NCBI GenBank assembly: GCA_002269645.1 | Contig: NIVC01000251.1 | Coordinates: 124,001-188,000 of the forward strand | DNA from: Macrostomum lignano | Lineage: Eukaryota | Length of the DNA stretch: 64,000 nucleotides | Direction of reading: 5' to 3' | Part shown: positions 22,263 through 35,261 of the stretch, piece by piece | Layout of the letters: every line of letters starts with the position of its first letter | Position numbering within the stretch: position 1 is the stretch's first letter | The notes under the pieces: generated by a model | Databases searched by the model: none | Told to the model about the DNA's origin: nothing | Seen by the model: the letters and a program-made list of their open reading frames with translations, nothing else | Position numbers and translations under genes: made by a program

Positions 22263-25200
22263 GGCAATCTTCAAGTTTCGTTCGTTAAATTATTTTTTCA
22301 ATGATTCCTGAACTATCTTGCTCTGAGATGATTATTTTCGAGCTCTCCAGTGTACCCAGCCCTTTCCTAGCTGAGAAAGTAGCAGCTTTGTTAATATTAA
22401 CCTCTAAGGTACCATAAAGCCGAAAATATAAGATGCAAACAAGCAAAGCTAACATGTAACGCTGAGTACAAACAGACAGATGCAAAGTAAATGCAAAGTA
22501 AAACAACAGATATATTGTACTTTTCTGCTTACTTACAATGTCAAGTATAGTTTTGCGCCAATAAAATTGAATTTAAGAGTTTGTACAAATATAATACTGA
22601 TAATTTAAATTACCCTTTGAGTGGAAAAGTGCAACTATTGAATTTTTACTTCTTTGCTTCAACACAATACGTTAACAACGACGTTATGAGTTAGTTACGA
22701 GCCAGACTCCGGATGGTATACATGTACGCCGGAATTTTCTGGCATACAGAGGGACTTAGATTACACATTGGCATACAACTTGGCATACAAAGGCGCCTGG
22801 CATGCCCTCTTGGTGTACAGCTTGGCGTATAGAGATTGCTGAGACCACCAGGTAGGACCAAAAGTTCCAAGTCCCAACAATCAATCTACATAATTAGCAT
22901 ACAAAAATGATTAAGTTTGCATTTGGCATAGTTTCCATGTACATAGTTTACAGTAGCTAAATTTTGATCAGAAAGAATGAATAGCCAGCCCTTTATGAAA
23001 AAAACGGAAAACTATAAGGTGGGGGTGTAGAAGATTTTCTTGGAAAATTGGTCGGTTTTGAAAATTTGCTGACACCAATGAGGTGGGGTGGATTCCTTGT
23101 TTGAATTTCCGCCGAATGTTGAGTTCGCACGAATAAAACCAGAAAAATCGCGCAGACGAATCTCAATAGGAAAAATCTTTCTCCTTTTACTCCGGCTGCC
23201 GGGTTCTCAAGTCCGGGGGGAAGGTAGTCGTAATCGTAGCACAGCGGTCATTTAGCGGCTCGGGGTATTTCAAAGCGATGAAGAAAAACCGGAGATTTCT
23301 GGCTCCATAAATTAATGCGCCAATGTGTTGAACTGGTTACTTTCAGTTGGGTAGTTGCTGCCACTACCGTAATTTACATATTACGGAATGGATAAGTCTC
23401 AGAGCTTTCTTTGAGATGAGAACTTTGGTTATTTTACGCCTCACGGGCAAATGATTCAAGAGAAGCTATGGCTCAACGAATGAAATTAAAAGCTAATTTA
23501 AGGATGTCGGTTTATTATGGTAACTTAGTTAAGATAATAGCAGGCGAGCATTGAATAAAGTTAATATTACTATTATTTAGACACTCGAGATAAATTCGCT
23601 CTTGCGGCGCCAGGGTGCTAAACTAATTCAATAAAAAATATTACCACTAATTTAATGAATCAAAGCTTACTAGTTGAGGAACAGTAGGGGTGAGAAAAAC
23701 AGAAGGAAGGGGAAGGGGAAGAAGAAGAAATATGAGAAAACTGGGCACAACAATTAGCAGAATAAATACCCGAAAGGGGGCTGACAAGTACTGGAAGCAA
23801 ACGCTAGGCAACAGAAATTCACGGGATAGACCGGCTCAAAAACATTGGGACACTGGGCGGATAACAAAATTTCAACAAAGGGACGACAAAAAACAGCAAA
23901 GGGACGCGACCAGGCCTCGGAAGGGAAAGGGAGCTGGGCAAACGATGGACAAAAATTGGGGTGAAAAGACAGTGGTTGGGTCAGTAAATTAAAGTTTTGA
24001 TAGCGCTTAAAAATTATTAAAAACTGAGTCCAAACAATTATTGTGGCATCCCGCCTGCCACAACTAAATTAAAAAACCAGTTTTAACTTTTCCAAGAAAG
24101 TAACAGTAAAAAAAAATAGTTAAAATAAACTAGATTTCTACAGTTTAGTAAAAATATTTTTAGTTTTAACACATAGGTTGTTTAAATATTAAAATTTTGC
24201 AAGCTTTTAGTATTAGTTGTAATTTGTAATTTTTATTTTGGCGTATTTTTGAATGTAATAAAAAGTTCCTTGGCGTACATTGGCGTGCATGAGCTACGAC
24301 AGCAATTTTTGTTCCGGCGTATAGCGGTACACAATCCTGACCCTGGGTTACGAGACTACGAGTATCTGGTACTGGTGTCCGATTGTCCATCAAAGGAATA
24401 CTAACTATGTCTATACTTTATGTATGAGTTGTATGACATTGACAAGTGTATAACAGACAGACATGTAACATGTTTACATGTACGACAGTGTATGACATAG
24501 CGCCCCCCAAAAATTAGCGATGTACGACATGTACGACAGGCGATCCCTGTGTACGACGGAGATTTCTGGCATATACCTGTCCTTCTGCACTATGGCAGTT
24601 CAGTAGCAACAGTTTAGCACATAGAACTCAATGCTTAGACATTATAGTAATGTGCGATCCAGTATAGGATGTTCCCAAATGGATTGACAGGGTGCAGATG
24701 GCGCCATATGAACTCATCCAGGTAGGTTTCAAACAGGGCCTATGATGTACCATGCATTGCCCTTAGCTTGGCCTTGCAATGTGCCCTGCATGGGCACATG
24801 GCAGTTGGTGCAAGCCCAAGCATAGCTGTCAGTAAAGCGGTCACCTTGACAGAGCTGCAACCAAAGTTGAGTGGCCGGACAATTGGCACACACTTGTTGG
24901 TTGGCAATTAGATTGGTATTTGGCCATCCAATTCATGGTATCCCTTGTTGTTGCCGTAATCACAGCCAGTTCCCACATTGTGAAGGTGATGTCGCACAAA
25001 GCTGCAGCTGGTTGCACTTGTGCTACTGGTACAATAAAAGTGGATGCCGCTGGTCGTCCTGCCATAATGTATTAGTCTTATAGTGTATTAGCTACTTGTC
25101 TATTAACTGCTTATGATATTACTCCATGCCACTCCTAAAGCTGCGTACAGTAGCATCTTTATTCCCCATAGATGTTCTTTGCTAAAATGCCACGTCAGTG

Positions 25201-25421
25201 AAAGCCACGTCATCATTACGTTACCGTAATATGGGCCATAGATATTCCTTTGCCTACCAATGGCTTTATGGTATATTAGATATATAATATTAACAAAACT
25301 GCTACTTTCTCAACTAGGAAAGGGCTGGGTACACTGGAGAGCTCGAAAATAATCATCTCAGAGCAAGATAGTTCAGAAATCATTGAAAAAATAATTTAAT
25401 GAATGAAACTTGAAGATTGCC
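22263..25421 (-). mobile_element. Merlin (IS1016-like) DNA transposon, internally deleted
   Basis: ~137-bp TIRs beginning GGCAATC (GGNRM consensus), 8-bp TSD CAATTTTT (22255-22262, 25422-25429), and a transposase remnant inside. Confidence 0.85.
24635..25065 (-). pseudogene. Merlin transposase remnant (Zn ribbon joined to C-terminus; DDE core missing)
   Basis: LIANQQVCANC...DSYAWACTNC is followed closely by YLDEFIWR...FGNIL, the Merlin/IS1016 C-terminal motif. Confidence 0.75.
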
Positions 25422-26550
25422 CAATTTTTTAGAACAACCATTTTTTGCAATTCAACATTCTTTGTTGTCATATGAATCCATGTTGATAGTATTGCGGCAT
25501 CTTTTCATTTTATGATCCCCATTCCTAGGCACTTTCGTTATACAATCCCTGTGTAAAAGATGCAGTGAAAGAATATAGACACCAAAGGACTGGAAACATA
25601 TCCATCCATCAAAAAGTCAAAGTCACTGCACTAAGGCCATTTCAAAAGCTGTTTATTTTGAAGGCAATCAAACAAAGCCTGGACAAGAGTCTTCGCAAGA
25701 GTAGTATAGGAGCCTCCCTATATTCACTTTTGTTATACGATCATTTAAATAGAGGAAATGTATAGAAAGGGATCGGATAACGAAACTTAGGCTTTTTATC
25801 AATTTTGTAATATGATCTCTTAAATTGGAAATTTGTTTGCAGGGGATCGTATATCAAACCCGCTGAAAAATAGGGCAAGATTTTGGTTCGGATTTTTTTA
25901 GTTTGGCTGGATATTCTATATATCTGTTTAGTGGGAGAATATCCAATCATTTCTTTGGATAAGTGATGCCAACTTTATATATCCGGATGCTTTGTTCGGA
26001 TATTGTAGTTTTGTATCTCGACAAAACATCCGGATATCTGCATTGAATCCAGATGTAAGTCCGGAAATGTATCTAGCTATATCGTGCCAATTTTCACATT
26101 AATTTAGTTTTCCAAAGGATAATGCAGCATAATCTGCTGCTTCACTCGTACGGATAAATTCTGTTAATTCAAATGAATGAATTATAGCAATTCTTTTGTG
26201 CATTTTAGTTGACAAAAAGGGAAATAATTTTATTATATGTTGTTGATATATTTGATGCTAACAAGTGTAATGATATTATTAAAAAACAAGGAAATAACTG
26301 AAAATAAAAAAAACTTAAGTCTAGTGTTCAAGTAGCTTTTAATGACATTGGTGCCAAATTGTATTTGCACACAAGAAAATTTCAGACACTTAATTTCAGG
26401 CATTGCAGATAAAATTTAGTCAGGTACAGTTGCAACTGGAAATTCAGTGACCACATAAGCTCTCATGGACAGCTTTCTAAAATCCAGGGTTGATCTGAGC
26501 AAAAAATCGAAGAAGGTCATATATGCATTGAAAAAACAGTGCAGTAAGTA

Positions 26551-26900
26551 ACCAAGAGGTTTGGTATCCAGATGAAAAGTCCAGAAATTTTTGTACGGAT
26601 AAGTCATATATCTGGGTGATAATCCGGATATTCGTCCAGATACGACTTGTCCGGATGTAGTAGAGTATCCAAACCAAGAGGTTTGGTATCTAAAAGAAAA
26701 GTCCCAAAATTTTTGTCTGGATAAATCATATATCCGGGTGATAATCCAGATATTCGTCCAGATACGACTTGTCTAGATATAGTAGAGTATCCAAACCAAG
26801 AGGTTTGGTATCCAAATGAAAAGTCTGGAAATTTTTGTCCGGATAAGTCATATATCCAGGTGATAATCTAGATATTCGTTTGGATACGACTTATCCAGAT
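26551..26900. repeat. 122-bp tandem repeat, ~3 copies
   Basis: ACCAAGAGGTTTGGTATC recurs at 26551, 26673 and 26795. Confidence 0.9.
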
Positions 26901-27111
26901 ATAGTTTAGATAAAATGTCATATCTGGACATATCCAGCCATTCATTCGGAAAAGTGCCCCTATCTGGATCCAGATATGCTATATCCGAACCAAATATCCA
27001 TCTCTATTTTCTAGTGGGAAAGTGAAATTTAGGTATTGTAGGCTACTAATTGTATATGAAGTAAAGATAGTTCATACAACTTGTTTGATGCCCACCTGAG
27101 GCCCCCTCTCA

Positions 27112-27628
27112 CTTTCGTTTTACGATCCCCTTACAGTACGGAGAGCATTGTTTTATGCTATCGGGGATCATATAACATGATAACATGATATGATATGTGA
27201 ATCGTATAGAACAACCTAGGAGACTTCTTTTTATTGGCCATTGCTGAAATTTTTACAAGGTGTTTTTTTTGCATGTTAGGTACACAATCCCCTCCAAACA
27301 AATTTTTGCCTTGAGGGATCATATTACGAAATTGACAAAAAGCCCAAGTTTTGTTATCCGATCCCTTTCTATACATTTCTTCCATTTAAATGATCATACA
27401 ATGAAAGTGAATATAAGGACATTTCTACTATTGCCAAGAAGATTCATGGCTTACAATTAATTAGGGTAATCGTTGCAGCACCAATTCAAACTTGAGAAAC
27501 ATATCACGAAACTAACTGGAATATACTCCATTGATATGTAAGCAAGACTCCTATCCTTCACATAGGAGATCATATAACAAAAGTGCCATGTTCTATAGGA
27601 CAAATGTAAGGGGATCGTAAAATGAAAG
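27112..27628. mobile_element. Possible MITE (~24-bp TIRs)
   Basis: CTTTCGTTTTACGATCCCCTTACA at 27112 and its near reverse complement at 27605-27628; no clear TSD. Confidence 0.45.
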
Positions 27629-27998
27629 AATGCCAGTATTGCATAGAAGAATGCATGAGGTGGCTTCTGGGACAAAATTTTTTATATCCTCCATAATCCC
27701 ATTAAATCCATCCCTATTATCCTTGAATCAGAGCACAATAGGTGTCCTACTCGCTTATAAAATGTCATCCATAATCCTCCTAACCTATCCTCCTTCCTCC
27801 CTAACATCCCTAGCATAACAGGTGTCCTATAATCCACTGACATCCACCCATAGCATCTTCAAAACAATCAGAAAATAATCTGCATTCTTCTCCCCACATT
27901 CAATTTGCAACGCAAAGTGGTAAAACCAGATCCCAAAGACTTTAAATCATCAGTGTAGGGTGCTCATCCACCAAAAAAAATTAAATTCTCAATAAAAA

Positions 27999-28238
27999 AT
28001 GTTTCTAGTTGTCTCTTCAAGTTTTTATTACAAAGCGCACGAGCCTAATTACAAGAGTAAGTACCAATGCAAACTTGAATGCAGCGAGTACATGAGAAAA
28101 TATTGGCTCGATGGTCATATCAATGTCTCTAATATTAATCAAGCACTTAAATCTCACTGGTTTCTTAAGTATAGAGTAACATATGTAAAATATTACGACA
28201 GCTACTATAACTTTGCAGAAATCATTAGGCAATTGTGA
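27999..28238 (+). CDS. Small conserved Polinton-2 ORF (79 aa)
   Basis: Homologous to 34966-35200 with amino-acid conservation (NINQALKSHWF..YRV..DSYYNFA..RQL) and several synonymous differences. Confidence 0.55.
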   Translation: MFLVVSSSFYYKAHEPNYKSKYQCKLECSEYMRKYWLDGHINVSNINQALKSHWFLKYRVTYVKYYDSYYNFAEIIRQL

Positions 28239-28242
28239 TTTC

Positions 28243-29126
28243 TTACATTCTCTCAATGATTAACGTCAATACAAACTCTTTACCGTTGAAATCAACACCC
28301 ACCCCATCTTCAATCTCAAACTATAGCACAATCTTGTGAATCTCCTTATTACTCAATACAACTCTTTTCACTAGATTTGGTTTCTCTACTAGCATCTGTC
28401 CTCTAGCAACAGAGTTAGAGATGTTGTACAAAATATTCGTTTGCTTTCCCTTAAATACCCAATCAAGACTGAGATTACTTCTGATTAGAATATTCAAACC
28501 CTTTACAATATCTGCAATATTGGGTGCTAAGAACAAACCACTTACACTTTCCCGGGCCATGCTAACGGCCCCCAACATTTGAGTGGCGGTCTGTGCTGCG
28601 GATTCTGCCTTATAAACTTTCTTTTCAAATCCCAATTCCCTATACCAAGTGTCATCTTTAAACTCAACCTCCGCATCTTTGTGAACTTGCATGACCACTC
28701 TCATTATAGTGAGATCATAGGCTAGTTTGACAGGGAACAATTCTGGCTTAATCAGATCAGGTTTCTCACAATGGCCTCTTTTAGTAAAGACATTTTTTTT
28801 AGAAAGTAATTGTAGGTATCCACACTTTGCGTGCTCACAGGGAATACTACAGGTTCTGCTACTACACTTTTCCATTTGTAATAAAACTTATTATTTGCTG
28901 CCATCACATTGGGAACGTTTGACCAACCAGTGAAGTCGTTAAGATAGACATGGTAATTAGCACCTGGATCCAAGCTAATCGCCTGCTCTAATTTTTGAAT
29001 AAATATCCCATTTGAGTCATTAATTCGCCCAGTTATTGTAATAGGATTGCTCTCCTTAGAGTGAGTGTAAGGGGCCCCTCCCGATTTTCGATAAAAATAG
29101 TCACCAATTAGCCAATTTAAACTCAC
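28243..29126 (-). pseudogene. Minor capsid (penton) gene, frameshifted
   Basis: KLEQAISLD..YHVYL..SNVPNV..NNKFYY, then RELGF, APNIADI..NILIRSNL, and DGVGVDFNGKE; frameshifts near 28750 and 28320. Confidence 0.75.
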
Positions 29127-29786
29127 GCCAAAAACTAAGAAATATAATTTGTTTTACTACTCGTATTTTTGATAATATTTCGCGCGAATTAATTTTTGTT
29201 TTAAATCATTGTAAAAATTAGTATAAATACAAGCAAATTCGGCGGAGGGAGAACCAACCTCGCGCATCGCGGTTCGCAATCATACCGATTAATAGCAGTT
29301 AATAAGAGTTCCGAGAAAATAAGAATTGAAGAAGTGTTTTCTGTATTCATTCCTTAAGAAGTAAGAGTGGAGTAGACGAAGGTGTGTACCGTATATACTA
29401 CTAAGAAGGAAAGTGTTGAGTAGTAAGAAGTTGCGAAGTAGATCTGAAGTTAAGACGTGTAAGAATAACGGAGGCTGTGACCCTCTGATCTCGGTAATGC
29501 CCAAGGACTTGCAAAGTACATGAAATACATATACCAGTAAGCCAAAATACCGCTCAGGCCATTATTAAGTAGAACGCTACCAGAATAATAAAACGCTACC
29601 AGAATAATCAGAAGAGTACACCTTTCAGGGCTAACAGTTTTTCTAAGAATAATACTCAGAATAAATACTCAGACTAAATACCCAGACCTATTCTAAGAAA
29701 CATTTCTCGGATTGTTCTAAGATTGATAAACTCATAATTTATTAATAGGATAATCCTGGTGGCAGCTACCAACCTAAGAAGAACAC

Positions 29787-30029
29787 TTAAGAGATTAGTA
29801 AATTAGCCCTGTGATAGTTTTGGTGACAGTGTGAAATTACTATTAAGAAGAAAGAATCACCCCTGAAACAACTTTGGTGGCAGCTAGTAAGGCTAGCAAA
29901 AGGAATAATTAAGAGCCCTACGACAGCTTTTGGTACCAGCAGTGGGATAACTAAAGAGGGAAGCAAACCCCCTGTTACATGAGAAATAATATTATTTAGT
30001 CTTTCAGCAATCACATCCATTTTTTTCAC
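29787..30029 (-). pseudogene. Putative core-protein remnant (GG^LLPSL amphipathic motif)
   Basis: VTGGLLPSLVIPLL resembles QVGGFLPIL of Polinton-1; lies directly downstream of the MCP remnant. Confidence 0.4.
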
Positions 30030-30038
30030 CCAAAAAAT

Positions 30039-30518
30039 TTAAACTTTACTGGATGAATTGTTGATCATGTTAAGCTTTACCTTCCTCTCAAATGCATAGA
30101 TAATGTACAGGTCCACAGGTGTTGCAACAATCCTCTCAATGTTAGTCACAATATTCACAGGGCTGTTATCAGTAGGCATTTGTCTGGCAGACATATCAGC
30201 GCCAAAAATTGGATATAGAGTTCTATATTGAAGAGCAGTGATAGCAATTCCATTGTTTTCTTTCACAGCCAAGTCAACCAACTCACTGTAAAATTTGCTA
30301 ATTTTGTTCTAACTGAAATCTCCATTTTGTGGCAGTGCAAGGTAAAGATTATCACTGATTTCATGCTGAATGGACCACACATCTCCATGCATATAGCGTA
30401 TAATGCTATTTGGGTTTCTCATGTTAATAATGATATACCTTGGATTGCTGCATGATCCCTCTTTAATGCAAATGTTTGTTCTAGTTTCGTTTCGCTCATC
30501 TTGACACATGTAGGCCAT
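30039..30518 (-). pseudogene. Major capsid protein C-terminal remnant
   Basis: NPRYIII motif and LYPIFGADMS..IYAFERKVKL C-terminal pattern; split by a frameshift. Confidence 0.55.
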
Positions 30519-30571
30519 GCTTTTCTAGCCTCCGCAACTAGCTCTACGCTCTCCCGAGCTTAGTCAAACTG

Positions 30572-31350
30572 CCACCTCAGAAAATGAAACCGCTGGTTTC
30601 AAATTTTGAGGTGGGTCTACACTGCTGCACTATCCAGCTTTCACCCGCCCTGCCACTCACTGCATGCAGTCCACGCATTCTGCCACAAGTCCCCCCTTCT
30701 CTCTCCACCTACCCTCCCTCTGCAATTCACTTCTGTGCAGTGCAGCACCAAAGCCAAAAAAGAGAATTGCAGAGGGTTGAAGGTTGAGCTGGGCAGGAAG
30801 GGGTCTTTCTTTTTCTAGCCTCCGCAACTAGCCGCTCCGTTTTCTTCTACACTTTCCCTAGCTTAGTCAAACAACCACCTCAGAAAATGAAACTGCTAGT
30901 TTCAAATTTTGAGGTGGGTGATCCCTCCATTTTCTATGCTCTCTATAGTTAAACAGCCACCGTTGGTTTCAAATTTTGAGGTGGGTGATCTCTTCTACGC
31001 TCTCCCAATGCATGGTATGGGTTTTATTTTTAGAACTTACGTCTACACTCTACAAGGTACAACCTTCTGGGTGATCCCTCTGTTTTCTTCTAGGCTCTTC
31101 TAGTCAAACAGCCACCTCAGAAAATGAAACTGCTGGTTTCAAATTTTGAGGTGGGTGATCCGAGTTTTGCACTGCTTCCAGTAGAAACATTTGTCTACAC
31201 TGTCCCAAGCAAATTTGCTATTTTAATCAAACACCCACCTCAGAAAATGAAACCAGTGGTTTCAAAATTTAAGGTGGGCAATCAAAATGGCATACTTGTT
31301 AAACAACCACCCCAGAAAATGAAACCAGTGGTTTCAAAATTTGAGGTTGG
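30572..31350. repeat. Array of six spaced ~43-bp imperfect palindromes
   Basis: CCACCTCAGAAAATGAAAC-N5-GTTTCAAATTTTGAGGTGG at 30572, 30875, 30957 (partial), 31112, 31235 and 31307. Confidence 0.85.
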
Positions 31351-31445
31351 TGTCAATATTAGTAATAAAAAACTATCCAAGGATAACTTGCTATTATTAT
31401 AGCTTCATGAGTTGCTAACCAAACAATAGATAGCTAATTTAAAAG

Positions 31446-32068
31446 TTAAAACAACAAGCCTTCATCCACTTCCTGTTGCAGCATTGCAAGGGCCTTTGGC
31501 AAGTATGCTATCATCGACTTCAGCTTGTGCAAGGACATTGCAGATCTTTGTAGCACCGGATATTTTTCAGCTTGGTCGGCCAATTTCATTAGAAAGTTTG
31601 TCCACTGGTTAGTGAACAGTGCACGTCTTTTCAGCTCGTAGAACTGTTCCTTACAGAGAACCTGCTCCATTCTCAGAAAGATCCTGCCAAGCTTTAGGCC
31701 ATTTGCAAAGCCATGCTTACTATGCCGTTCAACTAGTTTATTAAGGCTGGCAATCTATACAAGCACCGCGTCAATTGTGAATGTTCCCTGCTTAATTCTT
31801 CTAGAGAATGCTCTGGCACAGGCTCACCATTGGTCTTGTGGGCCATGCGCAACTCGTCCAGAGCCTTGCTGATTTGTGATTGCTTGTCGGCAGTTTTTGC
31901 TAGCCGACCACTGATAGTTGGCTTCACGATGGGTGACTGAGCAATTGCATTATATTTATCAGCCCAAACATTCCAATTGTCAAGATCTTTACTAGAAAAA
32001 ACTGCCTTGATGAAGTTCTCCAGATTTTCAATGTAAACATTGTTGCCTGCTTGCATTTCAACATCCAT
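31446..32068 (-). pseudogene. Hypothetical ~205-aa gene with one frameshift
   Basis: ORFs 31733-32068 and 31446-31670 join through an open frame (IASLNKLVERHSK...RMEQ) after one shift near 31755. TATATAAA box at ~32180. Confidence 0.5.
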
Positions 32069-32659
32069 GGCAAGATCCAGAGATTAAGCAAGTCAAAAAT
32101 AAAGTTGCTGGCGCGGCAAGGTGAGGCGGGGTGAGGCAGAGCAGGCAGGGTGAGGCAAGGGGTGGTGTGAATCGGCTGTTTATATACCATGGGTGTGGGC
32201 TCGGGAATCCATAGATTCTCTTTTTATTCTAGAATATTCTAGAATTCAAATTCTAGAAGGAAAACCCATAGATTTTCTACTTATAGCCTGTATTTTCTAT
32301 TAATAGTTGATTGGGATTGCCTGTGAAAATGGATGGGTTATGTATTGCATGTGCCAAGTAAAGAACTAGGAAGACTGCTGAAAGAGTTGGGGGGTTGAGA
32401 AGGTTGGGGGTTTAAACAAGGAACTAAATGGGCGTTTCTAAAGCTAGGCAAGGGATCCTTTAAGCTAGTTAAGGCTTGAGCTGGGCAAGCTTTTTTCTCT
32501 ATGCTGCACACGCCGCTTGCGCTATGAGAAGAAACAGCTGCCATACCCATTCCGCTATCACCCACCCACCATGCAGCAAAATACCATGCGTAAAAATATC
32601 TATTAATGCAGTCTTAAAGTCTTAAAGCGTATTGTAACAACATTCTACAATTGCCTAAT

Positions 32660-33089
32660 GATTTCTGCAAAGTTATATTAGCTGTCGTAATCTTTTCTTA
32701 TTGTTTTGAATATGCTATGAGTGGATGTCAAAGGATTATGTAGGACACCTGTTATGCTCTGATTCTGTCAGGGATAATATGGATGGATTTAGATGGATTA
32801 TGGATGAGGTTTTCGGAGTAAGTGCGACCCCCTTTTTTCTGATTCAGGGATAATATGGATGGATTTAGGAGGATTTTTTTCGAAGTTTTCGGAGCAAGTA
32901 GGACACCTGTTATGCTCTGATTCTGTCAGGGATAATATGGATGGATTTAATGGGATTATGAAGGACATTTTGTGAGCAAGTGCAACCCCCCTTTTTTCTG
33001 ATTCTGTTGGGGATAATATAGATAGATTTAATGGGATTATGAAGGACGTGAAAAAATTTGGTCCTAGAAGCCCCCTCATGCATTCTACT
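32660..33089 (-). repeat. Right TIR of Polinton-2a containing ~80-bp tandem units
   Basis: Reverse complement of 27645-27890 and of 34495-34860. Confidence 0.85.
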
Positions 33090-33709
33090 TTGCATATAGT
33101 ATGTACACCAAGGTTCCAATCATAGCATCTATGGCGTACCACTTTTTTACTGACTTTTTATTCCGGCGTACCCGTGCTATGATCTTGACTATAGGGTCTA
33201 GACAATTTGGCCACTTAACAGCCCGTGGCTAGCCATGAAATCCACTAGTCAAAAATTTTCAACTTAGCCAATAGATCCACTGTGGACCCATACTGGCTAG
33301 CCATAATGGCTGTAGACTTGCAATTTTTTGTCCTATGTGCTAACTCTGTACTAGGTGGAGTATAGCATAATGAATATGGCAAAACTCAGTGTAGCCTACT
33401 GAGTACAAAAATAAAAAAATACTGATTGCTAAGGAAAGACTAACTCATAAGCAAAATGTTGAATCATTGTATTTTGCTTTTACTAATTATGAAATAAAGC
33501 ATAAACCATCATAAAAAGTACTTTATATTTCTATTACAATAAATTTAGAAAAAAAAATTTTACAATAAAATATTAATAATAATATTAATCCTTGGTCCTA
33601 ACAAGACTTTATAAAGTAAAAAAGCGACTATACTCTATAGTGCAAACTGCTTTTTGGAGACACAATAGCAAATTTTTAATATAAAATATTGAGAAAAAGT
33701 TATTCCTCA

Positions 33710-33774
33710 AAATGGAATCAAACCAGGGACCTACCAAAAGCAAAGTAAATGCCCTAACCACTGGGCCAAGAGCC
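33710..33774 (-). other. tRNA-derived SINE head or tRNA pseudogene
   Basis: Minus strand GGCTCTTGGCCCAGTGGTTAG...GGTTTGATTCC (A and B boxes). Confidence 0.5.
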
Positions 33775-33980
33775 ATGAGAAACTCTATGAAAAACCTATA
33801 ATAAGCAAGCTAAAATTAGGATTAAGATATATTGGGACTACCAGAGTACAAAATATATAAGTGCAAAGTACAATAATATAATCTCTTTCTAGAACCTAAA
33901 AATAGGGAATCTTATTCTCTATTATTTCTACCTAAGTTATTCTTTGCTCCACCAAATGATACTAACATTTATGCATTTAA

Positions 33981-34470
33981 TAATGCAATAGAATATTGCT
34001 ATGCAATAAAAAAAACTTCAACTTAAAAAGTATAGATCAAAGACAGGTCACTTAATGTCATCCATAAGCATAAACTCTATAAAATTATTTTCTGATCTGA
34101 ACTCTTGTTTATGCAATCCAGTTACAACAAAAGCTAATTTTTAGACTTCAAATTTTAAAAGTCAGTAAAAGTAGCTTAAGAAAAAAGTTAAACTTTTAAT
34201 AAGGAGAAATAGTCCTTTTTTTCTAAGTAATGCAATAGAATATTGCCATGCAATAAAAAAACTTCAACTTAAAAAATATAGATCAAAGACAGGTTGCTTA
34301 ATGTCATCCATAAGCATAACCTCTATAAAATTATTTTCTGATCTGAACTCTTGTTTATGCAATCCAGTTACAACAAAATGTAATTTATAGACTTCAAATT
34401 TCAAAAGTCAGTAAAAGTAGCTTAAGAAAAAAGTTAAACTTTTAATAAGGAGAAATAGTCCTTTTTTCTA
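33981..34470. repeat. 247-bp tandem duplication
   Basis: TAATGCAATAGAATATTGC... begins at 33981 and again at 34228; the copies are near-identical. Confidence 0.9.
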
Positions 34471-35261
34471 GTTAGGGTAAAAGGTTTAAATAGAAGTAGA
34501 ATGCATAAGGGGGCTTTTAGGACAATTTTTCAGAAAAAATCAGAAAAAAATAGGGGTTGCACTTGCTCCGAAAACTTCAAACATAATCCTCCTAAATCCA
34601 TCCATATTATCCCTAACAGAATCAGAAAAAAAGGGTTGCACTTGCTCCAAAAACTTTAAACATAATCCTCCTAAATCTATCCTTATTATCCTTGACAGAA
34701 TCAGAAAAAAGGGGGCTGCACTTGCTCTGAAAAACTTTGAACATAATCCTCCTAAATCCATCCATATTATCCCTGACAGAATCCGAGCATAATGGATGTC
34801 CTACATAATCCACTGACATCTACCCATAGCATCTTCAAAACAATCAGAATATAATCTGCACTCTTCTCCCCACATTCGATTTGCAATGCGAAACCAGGTC
34901 CCTAAGACTTTAAATCATCAGCGCAAGGTCCTTACCCTTTGAAAAAATCTAAATTTTCTTTAAAAATGTTTCTAGTTGTCTCTCCAGGTTCCTATTATAC
35001 TTAGTCTCATTCATTGTATAAATCCAAGTACCAGTACAAGAAGGAATGCACTCTACATGCAAAAGTTCAGGCCTAGTGCTAATATTAATGTTCAAAATAT
35101 AAATCAAGCACTTAAATCTCACTGGTTTAAAAAATACAGAGTAGTCATTAACGATTTAGACAGCTATTATAACTTTGCTAAAGTTTTAAGGCAGTTGTAG
35201 TAGCCAACTACAAGGCTGTACCTGGTAGCTTATATTGTAATTTTACAAGCCCAAAGATGAC

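Larger units (their letters stand above)
27645..33089 (-). mobile_element. Polinton family 2, copy a (5.4 kb, internally deleted)
   Basis: Termini AGAAGAATGCAT...ATGCATTCTACT (AGTAG-type), TIRs built of ~80-bp tandem units, 6-bp TSD TTGCAT (27639-27644, 33090-33095), and penton and MCP remnants. Confidence 0.85.

Noticed and set aside
30572-31350. CRISPR interpretation of the palindrome array
   Set aside because: Spacers vary from ~25 to ~260 bp and are partly related, the context is eukaryotic, and there are no cas genes.
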